Below are positions 13,280 to 25,200 of a stretch of DNA of 64,000 bases, piece by piece. Position numbers and translations under genes: made by a program. Below the pieces are notes generated by a model. It was not told the DNA's origin, ran no database searches, and saw only the letters and a program-made list of their open reading frames with translations. The DNA comes from the human T2T-CHM13v2.0 reference genome, Homo sapiens. Where the stretch lies: NCBI RefSeq assembly GCF_009914755.1, contig NC_060934.1; one strand, given 5' to 3'. Each line of letters opens with the position of its first letter. Within the stretch, counting starts at the first letter, position 1.

Positions 13280-13606
13280 ATGTTCATATTGACAAAATCT
13301 GCTGTTGAAGCCTTCTAGTGAGTTTTTCAATTCAGTTATATTTTTCAGCTCCAAAAATTTAAAAAAAAAAATTTCTGTATCAGTGATCATATTGTCATTT
13401 TTCTATATTTTTTGGATTTCTGACAGTTTTTCTCCACATTTTTCATTAGCAATTTTAGTATACTTATTGTAGTTGTGTAAGTCTTCTACTAATTTCAATG
13501 TCTGTAGCTCTTCAGGAATGATTTCAGCCAATTGATTTTCTTTCTTATAATATACTATATTTTTCTATGTCTTTGTATGCCTTGTTATTTTATTTAATTG
13601 GGTATT
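13280..13606 (-). mobile_element. Old L1 (L1M) fragment
   Basis: ORF-track peptide LELKNITELKNSLEGFNSR resembles the L1 ORF1 coiled coil. Confidence 0.6.
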
Positions 13607-13953
13607 TGTTGGGAGAAAAGCTGAGTGTTGGGAGAGAAGCTGAGGCAGGGCTTGCATTTCTGCTAGACTTGCTGGCTCCTTGCTTCTAGCACTCACGTTA
13701 TTTCAAGCAGCCATATGTTTCTCATTCACTTGATACGCTGTTTCCTTTCAACCCCCACATCCTCACCACCTGTTTGTTTGTTTGAGCACCAATAAGTAGT
13801 GTGGGCTCCCAGAGCTCGGGTCCTTTGCAGCCTCCACCCTGGCGATGGCTCCCTGGTCCTACTTTCTCTCTCAAACTGGCTTTTTCTCATTCCTTTGACT
13901 CCGCCAGACTTCCTCGCCCCCATGACCTGGTGTTGTGTCTGATCACCCCAACA
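13607..13953 (+). mobile_element. LTR14A-type 5' LTR of HERV-K(HML-1)
   Basis: TGTTGGGAGAAAAGCTGAGTG...GATCACCCCAACA, 347 bp, followed by a Lys-type PBS. Confidence 0.88.
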
Positions 13954-13957
13954 TTCC

Positions 13958-13976
13958 TGGCTGCCCAATGTGGGGC
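13958..13976 (+). promoter_or_regulatory. Primer-binding site, tRNA-Lys type (degenerate)
   Basis: TGGCTGCCCAATGTGGGGC versus TGGCGCCCAACGTGGGGC. Confidence 0.8.
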
Positions 13977-14102
13977 AATGAAGACCCCAGTGAAGGAATG
14001 CTAGAGTGTGTGAAAGTGGAGGACGCATCGTCAAAGGACACCTGAGGACGTCTCAAAGAAGCTCGGCGGGAGAGCTGAGCGCTCGGAAGAACCAAGGTAA
14101 CA

Positions 14103-15650
14103 ATGAGACAAAGTGAAAGCAGACATTCTGCTTATTTAAATTTCTTAAGGCATTTATTACAAAGAGGGGGAGTGAAAGTTAGTACTCAGAATTTTTTATC
14201 ACTCTTTAGTACAGTAATGCAGTTTTGCCCATGGTTTCCTGAACAAGGGACTATGGAGTTAGATGAATGGGAGAGAACTGGAAGAGATTTTAAGAAGGCA
14301 TATAAAGAGGGAGCAGAAATTCCAGTTTCCACTTGGTCAATGTGGGCGCTAATAAAGGCAGCTTTTGAGCCATTTCAAACAGATAATGAGGCAGATTCAG
14401 ATGATGAGGAGAATGAGTGTAAAAAAACTGACTTAAGATTCTGAGTGTGAGGAACAGCTACTAGAGGAGATTAAAGAAAAGAAAGGAAAACTAAAAAAAG
14501 TATGTTTTACTAGCCCGTCGGCTCCACCTGCTGAATTAAGTGAATGGCCACCTCCTCTCTCTCCCCTTAATGGGGAAGAAAATAAATTAGCTGAAAAACT
14601 TACTGCTCCTGTAGTTGCAACATTAAAAGCTGGAGCAATTGGTCATGCTATACAAAATTCTATTCAAAAAGCTAGAGCTGAGGGAGAACTTGAAGCATGA
14701 CAACTTCCCGTTACTATAATCCAGCAGGGAGGACAGACTATAGCTAATTGGGCCACTTTTCCTTCTAAGTTACTAAAGGAATTTAAGCAAGCCCTTAGTC
14801 AATACGGACCAAACTCTCCTTTTGTGCAAACTTTATTTAAAAAATGTGGCTCTTGATAATAGATTAATACCATATGATTAGGATACTTTGACAAAATCTG
14901 TTCTCACTGTCTCAGTATTTACAGTTTAAAACCTGGTGGGCTAATGGAGTTCAAACTCAGGCAAGGGAAAACACACAAGCACAGCCACCTGTGCCTGTTT
15001 CCTTTGAACAGTTAATGGGAGTTGGCCCTAATTGGGGTCGATTAGAGAATCAAGCAGTAATGGAGGATGCTACCATTGTTCACCTGCACTTTGTGTGCTT
15101 ACAGGCATAGGAAAGCATAAATGTTACAGGGGAAAAATATCCTCCTTTCAGTTCTGTCTGAAAGAACCATATATTGATTTTATTGCTCAGCTCCAAGAGG
15201 CTGTGTATAAGGTCATAACTGATAAAACGGCTCAGGATGTTGTAATACAGCTTCTTGTATATGATAATGCTAATGCAGAGTGTCAACTGCTGTTATAGAC
15301 CCCTAAGAGGGAAGCCTTATTTAGCTGAATATATTAAGGCTTATAATGGCATTGGAGGTAACTTACATAAGGCTACTCTTTTAGCTCAGGCTATGGCTGG
15401 ATTAAGAGTAGGAAAGAATATGCCCCATTTCTCAGGCTCTTGTTTTAATTGTGGGCAATTTGGACACACAAAGGAATGTAGAAAAGGAAATCAAAAGGCA
15501 AAAACTACTACCATCAATCAACAGAAAAGTCCCAGTATACGTCCCTGGTGTAAGGCAATCACTGGGCAAGTCAGTGTCATTCTAAATTTAGCAAAGATGG
15601 ACAATCTCTTTCAGGAAAGAGGAAAAGGGGCCCCTCCTTGAGCCCCTTAA
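14103..15650 (+). pseudogene. gag: HERV-K(HML-1) gag, disrupted
   Basis: MRQSESRH..FCPWFPEQGT matrix; KEPYIDFIAQLQ major homology region; CFNCGQFGH zinc knuckle; stops and frameshifts. Confidence 0.9.
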
Positions 15651-16482
15651 CAAACTGAGGCATACCCAGCACAGCCAGTGCCCTTACAAATGTACAACAA
15701 TTATCCCCCGCTTCACAGGCAATGCTGCCGCAGACCTCTACAGCACAATTCCCATCTCCTTACTTCCTGGGGAGCCACCAAAGAAGGTCCCTATGGGAGT
15801 TAGGGGACCCTTACCCTCAGGAACAGTCTATTACTTGGAAGATCTAGTCTAAATTTAAAAGCCATCACTGTGCATGTGGGAATAATTGTCTCTGATTATA
15901 CCAGAGAAATTCAATTAGTTATTAGTTCCTCCGTGGTCTGCCTCCCCAGGAGAAAGAATTGCTAAGTTGTTGCTGTTACCTTACATAAAACTAGGAAGCA
16001 GCACAGTGAAAAGAACGGGAGGCTTTCATAATACTAATCCAGCAGGAAAGGCTGTGTATTGGGTTAATCAAGTGTCTGAAAAAAGACCTATTTGTACAGT
16101 AACTATTCAGGGAAAATATTTTGAAGGACTAGTAGATATTGGAGCTGATGTCTCTATTATTGCTATAAATCAATGGCCCAGGCACTGGCCTAAGCAAAAT
16201 GCATCCATTGGTATTGTTGGAGTAGGAGCTGCCTCAGAAGTTTTTCAAAGTTCCTTGATTTTATCATGTCAAGGGCTGGATGGTCAGGAAGGGACAATTC
16301 AGCCTATCATTACACCTATTCCTGTCAATTTATGGGGTGGAGACTTACTGCAACAATGGAATGCTGAAATATCTATTCCTACAGATCAATATAGTAATAA
16401 TAGTAGACAAATGAAAAATACAGGATATTGTCTGGGAAAAGGACTAGGAAAAGATAAAAAAGGCCAATCAGAGCCTTTATAA
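15650..16482 (+). pseudogene. pro: HERV-K(HML-1) dUTPase-protease, disrupted
   Basis: GLVDIGADVS active-site region, PVNLWGGDLL, G-patch-like GKGLGK. Confidence 0.88.
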
Positions 16483-16499
16483 TTACAAGGGCAAACAGA

Positions 16500-16786
16500 T
16501 CGGATCAGATTGGGGTGTCATTTTTAGGAGTGGCCATTGTTGAACCTCCAACTCCCATTCCTCTTGTTTGGCTAACAGCCAAACCGGTTTGGGTGGAGCA
16601 ATGGCCACTGAAACAGGAAAACCTGGAGGCTTCAAAAGAGCTGGTGCAGGAACAATTGCAAAAGGGACATACAGAGCCTACTTTCTCCCCCTTGGAATTC
16701 TCCTGTATTTGTCATTAAGAAAAAAATCAGGGAAATGGAGAATGTTAACAGATTGGAGGGCTGTTAATGCTGTGATTCAACCCATG
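16500..16786 (+). pseudogene. pol: HERV-K(HML-1) pol N-terminus, abruptly truncated
   Basis: PVWVEQWPL...KKSGKWRMLTDWRAVNAVIQPM, then the sequence switches to LTR13A. Confidence 0.88.
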
Positions 16787-16791
16787 ACTAT

Positions 16792-17042
16792 ACTTCTCAC
16801 AATGTCCCTTCAGCACCTGACCCTCTACCCGCTGGTTATTCCTTGGTTATATTAGTAATACAACAAAGAGTAACATTAAAAGCTAATGATTAATAATGTT
16901 TATACTAATGATTGATAATATCCATGATCATCTCTATATCTAATTTGTATTATAACTATTGTTACTCTAACTATTTTCTTATACTGAAACAGTTTGTGCC
17001 TTCAGTCTCTTGCCTCGGCACCTGGGTAATCCTTCGCCCACA
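16792..17042 (-). mobile_element. Truncated 3' LTR13A (first ~251 bp of U3 only)
   Basis: Matches 25899-26153; preceded on the minus strand by a purine-rich A/G PPT (17043-17056). Confidence 0.93.
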
Positions 17043-17059
17043 TCTCCCCCCTTTTTATT

Positions 17060-19020
17060 GATTAGGATTGTCATTGCCATCATTGCTTGTCGCTGGCTTC
17101 GAGTTTTTCATTGGACTCCGTGGAGACGCCTGCAGACTAAAAGCAAACAACATAAACACACCAATATTAGTAATGCTGATAACAAAAGTGAACCTCCAAC
17201 GGGTTTGATCCACTTGAAAGGATTTAGATCAGATAGTCCTTTTGTAATTCTTTCAAATATATCAGAACCAGGAATGGTAGTTAAGTGAGCCTGGGAAGCC
17301 TCAAAAATGTGCTCCTTCAGTGTTGAAATGTCTAGGGTTAAATTATCATCCCAGGCTTTTAGATGCCTTTGGACTTTTTCCCAACTATGTTGATCTTCCT
17401 TGTAACCATAAGGTGTTATGCAATAATCAGAAGTATTCCAATCACATTGTAGTTGCATTCAGTGTTCTAAATTCATCATCCTGTCTCCCAACCAGATGAC
17501 ACTCTGGTGGAGATCATTAATTTGATTGGCCAGTTTTTGATCAGTCTGAGCCTGAGAATTCCAAAGTCAGGTGGAATTTTTTTGGCATGTTTCCACATAA
17601 TGAGTGGTGTGGACCAAGTTATGAATGGCTACTCCAGCAGTAGCCGCTGTTGTAGTAACAGCAATTAAACCTGCAATCACCGCAATGAGAGTAAAAATGA
17701 ATCTCCTAGTTCTTTTAAGAATCCCTTTAAGGACTTTATTGACTACATGAACAGAAGAGACGATTCCCAGAGGCGGTGTAAAGAAACTGATATCCATACC
17801 CCTTTCCTGGCCGTGACCAGGAGAACACTTGTTTTTGGATCAAATGTAGCATCAATGCACGTAAACAATTTGCAATTATTGCATTCAATAGTTTGACTAT
17901 CAGGGGTGATAATTATGTTTCCAATCAATAACATATGGTGGTTTAACACAGCTCCTAATGGGTACCACCCTCTCAGACATTAAAGAGATCTTATACATGT
18001 TTGTTTTGGTATTTGTAAGAATTTTTTGATAAGCAACATTCCATAATCTGATTCCGGATATGGCTGCAGACAACCTCCACAATTCAGGATGTTCCGGGGT
18101 AACTATAGGATGAATCATTTTTGGTCTAGGAGGAACGATGACCTTGTCCAACCATTTGAATGGGTAAGGAGACACCCATTCCCTCTTTTTGTAGGACTGC
18201 CAGCCTTTCTCTTCATAATCTATTAAATAGTTAAACTCAGGACATTGGGTATTTTGGCCAGAGCAATCTCGCCAATAATATCCTTTTGGGGCCCAGTCAA
18301 TGACAACACTTGTGATCGGACTCCTTAGCACCACTACTTTTGGGGCATTGCAATCACTCCATAGAATGTTTTGAATTATTAGGTCCCTTTATAAGGTCTT
18401 TTAAACAGTCTGGCAATCCTTGTGTTTTATTATGCTTTACTGTGACAGGAATTCTCTGTTCTTCAAATGAATTTATGTTAACGGTCAGAACCTGAAAAGA
18501 ATTACTACAGAAGACATTATGCACCTGATAAGAATCATTGCTGGAGGCCGGTACAGTCCACATCCAATTTTGATTAGAGAATGCCAAACAACCAGGTGCA
18601 AATCCTACACACAATGGTGGAAATTTATATCCAATGGACACATTAAAAGGCATTCCTTCTTCATCTGTTTAAGCCGGAAATCTGTCATCATTAGGGACTG
18701 GCATGAATGCACTGTCATTAGTATAAACTTCCACTGAGGAATCCATCCATGAAACAGATCGAATAAGAATGGAAACGGGACATATGCCAGTAGGTGTAAT
18801 TTTGAGTTGCTGCAGCCCCGGGTATACTTACCACTGCAGTAACTACCATAAAGGCAGCCAAGATAACATTACCCATAGTTTTTGGAATCCCTTTGTCCTG
18901 TAGGTGTCTCTCAACCTCTTCGGACATTACTTTTATCTGACCCCCCCACATCAGCAGGGTGGAATTTTAGCATTGGGAGTTATAGGGCGAGGCTGTGAGG
19001 CAAACTTGAGATATAAATTG
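17060..19020 (-). pseudogene. env: HML-4 env, disrupted
   Basis: Signal-peptide region, YKFPPLC, KRTRR|[16 protein letters not shown] cleavage site and fusion peptide, [16 protein letters not shown] anchor; frameshifts. Confidence 0.92.
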
Positions 19021-19022
19021 TA

Positions 19023-21745
19023 TTAGTCAGGTGACGAGCCTTGCGTTTTGATTTCTGGCGGCTCTTCTCCTTTTGTTTCTGATGGTTCTTCAGGGCTGGA
19101 GTCATGGTACAAATTCAGCTGATGGGAGAGAACCCAAACAGGTTGTTGGTCCTTTCCTGGGGAGACACAAGCAAAACCCCTACTCCATGTTATTACAGTG
19201 CGTAATTCCCATTTATTAGTTTTTGTGTCCTTCCACCATACTTGCTTGCCTTTTTGTGGGTCAAATTTATTACCAGCAAAGTGTTGTTCTGCTGCCATGA
19301 AAGGTTGGTTCTTGGCCAAATTTAAAAATTTTAATGTGAACAGAGCTAAATTTATCTGAGCATGGGGAGTACTGACATCCCCTTTCTTTTTGTTACCTTG
19401 TTTGCGAAGCTGGTCCTTGAGAGGTTTATTAGCTCATTCCACCAGAGGCTGTCCTTGAGAATTATAGGGAATTCCAGTAGTGTGAGTAATGCCCCATGCT
19501 TGAGTGAACTTTTTAAAGGCAATGCTGGTATAGCTGGGACCGTTATCAGTTTTAAGCTTAGCAGGGCAGCCCATAACTGAGAAACAAGAAGGCATATGTC
19601 ATTTAACACGAGCAGTACTTTCTCCTGTTTGGCATGTAACCCAGATGAAATGGGAAAAGGTGTCAAGTGTTACATGTATGAAAGAAAGTCTCCCAAAAGC
19701 TGGAAAGTGGGTCACGTCCATTTGCCAGAGTGTGTTGGGGGAAAAGCCTCTAGGATTAACTCTGGAAGGAAGTGGTTGTAGGATTAACTCCGGAAGGAAT
19801 TGGTTGTAGGATTAACTCCGGAAGGAAGTGGTGTAGGATTAACTCTGGAAGGAAGTGGTTGTAGGATTAACTGCCGAAGGAAGTGGTTGTAAAATTAACT
19901 CTTGGCCAGAGGGACAGTGCCGTACTATGGTTTTTGCCTGTTTCCATGTGGGAGGGAACTTGCTTCTGAGTCCTGCAGCATTGACATGAGTTAGGGCACG
20001 ACAATTTCGCATGTCCATAAAAATGGATGTGGCTAAAGCATCAGCTCTGGCATTTACAGCTGAAAGAGGTCCTGGAAGTGATGTATGGGCTCAAATATGA
20101 GTAATGTAAAAGGGGGCACAGTGTGCTCTGAGAACTGTCTAAGACTTTTGAAAAAGTGAAAGTAAACTTTCCTCAGGCAAAAATTTAACACCGTTTCTAT
20201 GTTGTGGGCAACATGCACGAGGTATGCAGAATCAGAAACAATGTTGACAGACTCAGGAAAATCCTCAAGGACAGTCATAACAGTGCTAAGTTCAGCTCGC
20301 TGTACAGAAATAGGTCCTGTGTTAAGAACGCGTTCCCATGGTCCTGTGTATACAGCACGGCCATTAGAGGAAGCATCAGTAAATATAGTAACGGCTCCAG
20401 TTAATGGAATACTTCTGGTAATATTAGGTAAAATCCAGGAAGTGAGTTTCAGGAACTGGAACAATTTTACATTAGGGTAATGATTGTCAATTATACCAGG
20501 GAAATGGGCCAAATTTACCTGCCAAATAACACAATTTGTAAATGCTTGTCAGAGTTGTTGACGGTTTAAGGGAAGAATAATTTTTTGAGATTCCTGTCCC
20601 AAAAGTCATAAAAGATGGGAACAGGCTTGCCTAATGAGGGTAGAAATTTAGTCAAGGTAAATAGTAAGTGTCCTTAGAGAGCTATGGGGAAGAAAACACC
20701 ATTCAATTATATCATGTTCCTGAGTGATGATCCCTGTTGGAGAGTGTTCAGTGGGAAAAATTAAAATAATAAAAGGTAATTTGGGATTGAATCTAGTGAC
20801 CTGAGACCATTGAACTGTTTGTTCAATCAATCATAACTCAGACTCAGCCTCTCTGAGTCTGAGGTTTCTGTAAGAAACCTTTTCCTGTGTAAATCTGGAT
20901 CCCCACATAATGTGGCAAAAAGGTTTGACATAGCATATGTAGGGATGCCCAAAGAAGGGCAAATCCAATTAATATCCCCAAGTAACTTTTGAAAGTCATT
21001 TAAAGTTTTTAAGGCGTCTCTCCTAAGCTGAACTTTTTGTGGTGTAATCAGCTTGTCTTCCAACTGCATGCCCAAATATTGAAAATGAGAGGTAGTTTGA
21101 ATTTTTTCTGGTGCAATAGTCAAACCTGCTTCTGAAATGGCCTGTTGAATCACAGAAAAGCAGGAAATCAAAATGGTGTATGGGGGGGCTGTGCAGAGGA
21201 GATCATCCATGTAGTAAACGATGTAACATCGGGGAAACTGATCCCTGACAGGTTGAAGCACACGCCCCACAAAATACTGACAAATAGTGGGACTATTAAG
21301 CATGCCTTGTGGTAGGACTTTCCAATAGTAGCATGTAGCCTGAGCGACATTGTTGAGGGAAGGGACCATAAAAGCAAACTTTTCAAAGTCCTGAGAGGCC
21401 AGTGGAATGTTAAAAAAGCAATCTTTAAGATCTATGAGGATTAGAGGCCAATACTCAGCGAGCATAGAGCGGGAGGGTAAGCCAGATTGTAATGTCCCCA
21501 GAGGTTGAAGTACAGCATTAACTGCCCTAAGATGAGTGAGCATTCTCTGTTTTCCAGATTTCTTTTGGATAACAAAGACAAGTGAATTCCATGGAGAGAA
21601 AGATTCCTCAATGTGTCCCAATTCTAACTGTTCCAGGACTAAATTATGGAGCGCCTCCAGCTTATTTTTTGGGAGCGGCCACTGATCCACCCAAACTGGC
21701 TGAGTTTTCAAGTCAAAGGGATGGCATCTGGAGGCTTGACAGTGA
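19023..21745 (-). pseudogene. pol: HML-4 pol (RT-RNaseH-IN), disrupted; RT core lies in one open frame
   Basis: [30 protein letters not shown] (RNase H), WQMDVTH region and WSRGFACVSP (integrase). Confidence 0.93.
19751..19901. repeat. 28-bp minisatellite (5 copies plus partial) inside integrase
   Basis: Unit TAGGATTAACTCYGGAAGGAAGTGGTTG at 19751, 19779, 19807 (27 bp), 19834 and 19862. Confidence 0.95.
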
Positions 21746-21751
21746 CTGCTT

Positions 21752-22620
21752 CTAAAAAGAATAACCAAGCCCTTTGGAGTCAAATTTATAGAAAGGTTGA
21801 ATAGGCGCAGTAATACCTTGAGCCAATTTTCCCAGACCAGTGTCTTGAACATATCTCATTTTTGTCATAATGTTTTTACTTTGCTCACTGTTGGCAGCAT
21901 GTGGAAATGAAATTTGTGCACCCCATTGCTGTAAAAGATCTCTTCCCCAGAGATTAACTGGAATAGGTGTAGAGGGTGAACAGTACCAGTCTGTCCCTCT
22001 GGGCCAGTACAATGTAAAATAGTGGAACTTTCATAAACCTCAGTGGCCTGACCAACTCCCACCAACCCGGTGAATGTGACTTCTTTGGGCCAGTGACGAG
22101 GCCATTGGTGTAAAGCAATAATGGAAACATCAGCACCCAGGTCAATCATGCCCATGAATTTCTTTCTGTGTATATGCGTGGAACAAACAGGTCAGGTGTC
22201 AGAAATTTTATTAGCCCAGTAAGCCACTTTACCCTGATTATCTGCACTCCTAAAACCTCCAGTTCTTTTATGAGAACTGGATCTGAGTGGAATGTACAGC
22301 AGAAGAAGAAGTTGAGCAATTCAATCTCCTGCTGAAGCTTGGCAAGGAACTGCAGAACTAACAGTAATGTGTATTTCCCCAGAGTAATCAGAGTCAATTA
22401 CACCATTATGTACCTGAACACCTTTTAAATTTAAGCTTGAGTGACTGAGCAATAAACCAACAGAGCCAGGTGGCAAGGGCCCAAAAGCACCTGTGGGAAC
22501 AGCTATTGGTGGCTCTCCAGGCAAAAGGGAAATGTCTCTAATACAGCAGAGATCTACTGCTGCAGATCCTGTGGTGGCGGGGGACAAGCATTGAAATGAG
22601 ATCCTTGTTGGGGTTGTGAC
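21752..22620 (-). pseudogene. pro: HML-4 dUTPase-protease, disrupted
   Basis: GSAAVDL, LLSHSSL, GVIDSDYSGEI (dUTPase); IDLGADVS, NLWGRDLL (protease). Confidence 0.92.
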
Positions 22621-22622
22621 AT

Positions 22623-25049
22623 CTATGCTTGTGGCATGAATGGTTGAAGTGGAAACTGAGTGGTTGGATCGATTGGTTGAGCTGGGGATGCCCTCATCTG
22701 GCTGCAAGGCCAAGGCTGGGAGTTGGGGAATGCTTCATTGTCTGGAGGGGCCTGGGGCTGGCCCCTCTTACCATTTCCCTGGTTTTGAAGTGGCTGTAAA
22801 GGGTTGCCATTAGTGTCGAATTTCGAGTGGCAGTGAGCTGTCCAGTGATTGCCCTTATGGCATCTTGGGCATGGTGTGGATGGTGGGACTCGCAGTTGTA
22901 CGGCCTTTGGGGATTGGTGTTGTACAGGGTGGTGGTCTGAACACCGAGGACATTTTTTCCTGGTATGTCCAGATTGGCTGCAGTGAAAATAATTACCAGG
23001 AAATTGTCCAAGCATTCTAATGCTGGCCATAGCCTGAGCCGTGACCATAGCAGTATGTAACGTTCCACCAACACCCTCACATGCTTTAATATAGGATGTG
23101 ATTAAATCACTTCCTGGTGGGATTTTACCTTTTACAGAGTGAATAGCAGCCTGATAATCTGGATTTGCTTGTTCATAAGCCATGAGTTCCACAACCAAAT
23201 GTTGGTTATTTAGATCAGGAATAGATTTTTCTGCCACGTCCTGAAGATGGGCAATGAAGTCAGGGGTATGGTTCATTTTGCATTTGTCTAATGGCTGTAA
23301 AGGAGGGACATCTAGTGCCATCATCCTGAATCTTATCCCAAGCACCCAGGCAGCATTTTCGGAGTTGCTCAGTGACTTCATCATTCAATATAGTTTGCTT
23401 TCTAATTGCAGCCCACTGCCCCATTCCCAGTAACTGGTCAGTTGTAACGTTAACAGGAGGATTAGAGCCCTGATTAAGGCGGACTCAATCCTGGACAGCA
23501 TCAACCCACCATGTCCTAAATTGTAAATATTGTGATTTAGATAAGACAGATTTTGCTAGAATTTCCCAGTCACAAGGCACCAAGCATTTATCTTCTGCTA
23601 AGGATTTTCGGGCGGAACGGACGAAAGGGGAATTGGTACCATATTGTTTAACCGACTCTTTGAAATCTTTAAGGAATTTGAAAGAAAAACTTTCCCAAGT
23701 AGCAGGTCATAGGTGGACCTGACCAGGGTGTAAAGGATCAGGTTGCACCACAGCCCGAATGGAATGTATGCCAGGAACTGGCTCTGCTGGGACATCAGGC
23801 CCTTGTTGCACTGGCTGAGGAGCCTGATCCCTGAGCTGCGGGTCTGGAGAGGCAGTGGCGTCAGCTGCCTGCTGAACTTGGTCAGCAGGTGGTGGCTGAT
23901 CCATTGCAGCCAGAGCAGGGGCAGCTAGAATGGGGGCAGCAGGTATAGGAGATTGTAGAATAACAGGAAACGGCCATGCCTCGGGATCCCCGTATTCCCT
24001 TGCCTGAGAAATGGCCCTCATAAGAGGGGTGTCATTATCAGGAATGTATGTAACCTATTGCTTATGGGTAGCAACAGCAGTTGTGACTGGACCAGAAGCA
24101 GAAAAGAAATTGGGGTTTTGAATATAGAAGTTGAGAGACTTCAAGCCAGGCTGATGCACAGTTGCCTGCTTTGCAGGTCTTTCAGGGGCCTGAACTCCAG
24201 GCTGTTGCATTGACTGCAGGGCCTGAGCTCCAGGCTGGTGCACGGACTGCAGGGCCTGAGCTCCAGGCTGGTGCACGGACTGCAGGGCCTGAACTCCAGG
24301 CTGGTGCATGGACTGCAGGTTAGGCTTCTGTGGAGCCTGATGCATAAGAGGAAAGGCAGAATTGGGTGAAGAGATAGCATTGAGGGCCTCATTACTGGGC
24401 CGAACAGGGATAGAGTTGACAGCCTCATAACCGGGCTGAACAGATGGATGGTTGAGAGCCCTACAGCAGGGCTGAGACAGTACAGGAGGTTCCGGCCACA
24501 AGGGCTGCTGATAGTACATTTCAGAGGGATTTTTTAGATCTGGGGGAAGGAGATCCTTCATAAGGTCCTCATAAAGTGATACTGGGGGTGCGGTAGGCAT
24601 GGTAGGCTGTGGTGTATTTGGTGATGCCAAAGGAATATCAGAATGGAGGTCCATTTCTAAAATGATGGCTTCAGGTTGTGCAGTGCCCTCTGGAGAGAGA
24701 GTACTGAGGATTTCCTCAACCTCTTCGGAGGAGAGCAAAGGTAGAGTACCCTCCATTCCCTCCTCCTATGGCTGCAAGGATTCTAAGATGGAGCGAACCG
24801 AGGACCAAACTGTGCAAATGGCCGGCGGGATAACATGTTCCCCTCTATGAGCGATTTTAAACTGTTGGCCCACCTCATCCCAATCTTTAAGTTCTAGAGT
24901 TCCCTCAGTTGGAAACCAAGGGCAAATGAGAATGACGACCTCAAAGAGTTCAATTAGCTTGTCAGAAGAAACTGAAATTCCTCCTTCTTTAAGAAGGGTT
25001 TTTATGAAGTGTTTAAATAGGCCAAGTACTTTGTACTGGCTTGTCCCAT
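22623..25049 (-). pseudogene. gag: HML-4 gag, disrupted
   Basis: MGQASTKY start at 25049; DFIAHLQD major homology region; CPRCHKGNHWTAHC zinc knuckle. Confidence 0.92.
24186..24317. repeat. In-frame 33-bp tandem repeat x4 in gag (QPG[AV]QALQS[VM]H)
   Basis: Unit GGGCCTGARCTCCAGGCTGKTGCAYKGACTGCA. Confidence 0.92.
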
Positions 25050-25180
25050 GGAGTCCCTGAGATACTCTGAGTGCCCAAGCTTACCACCAAGCTTAATGAC
25101 GACAATCCTCAGGAATCTGTCGTTGAAAGTCCTCTGCTGAGTCCTGCACTCAAAGTGCAACTTCACACAGTGAGGGAGAA

Positions 25181-25198
25181 ACCCACGTTGGAGCACCA
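25181..25198 (-). promoter_or_regulatory. Primer-binding site, tRNA-Lys type (degenerate)
   Basis: Minus strand TGGTGCTCCAACGTGGGT directly after the LTR. Confidence 0.8.
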
Positions 25199-25200
25199 GA

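Noticed and set aside
19751-19901. 28-bp direct repeats resembling a CRISPR array
   Set aside because: Units are contiguous with no spacers, lie inside a retroviral integrase in primate DNA, and there are no cas genes.
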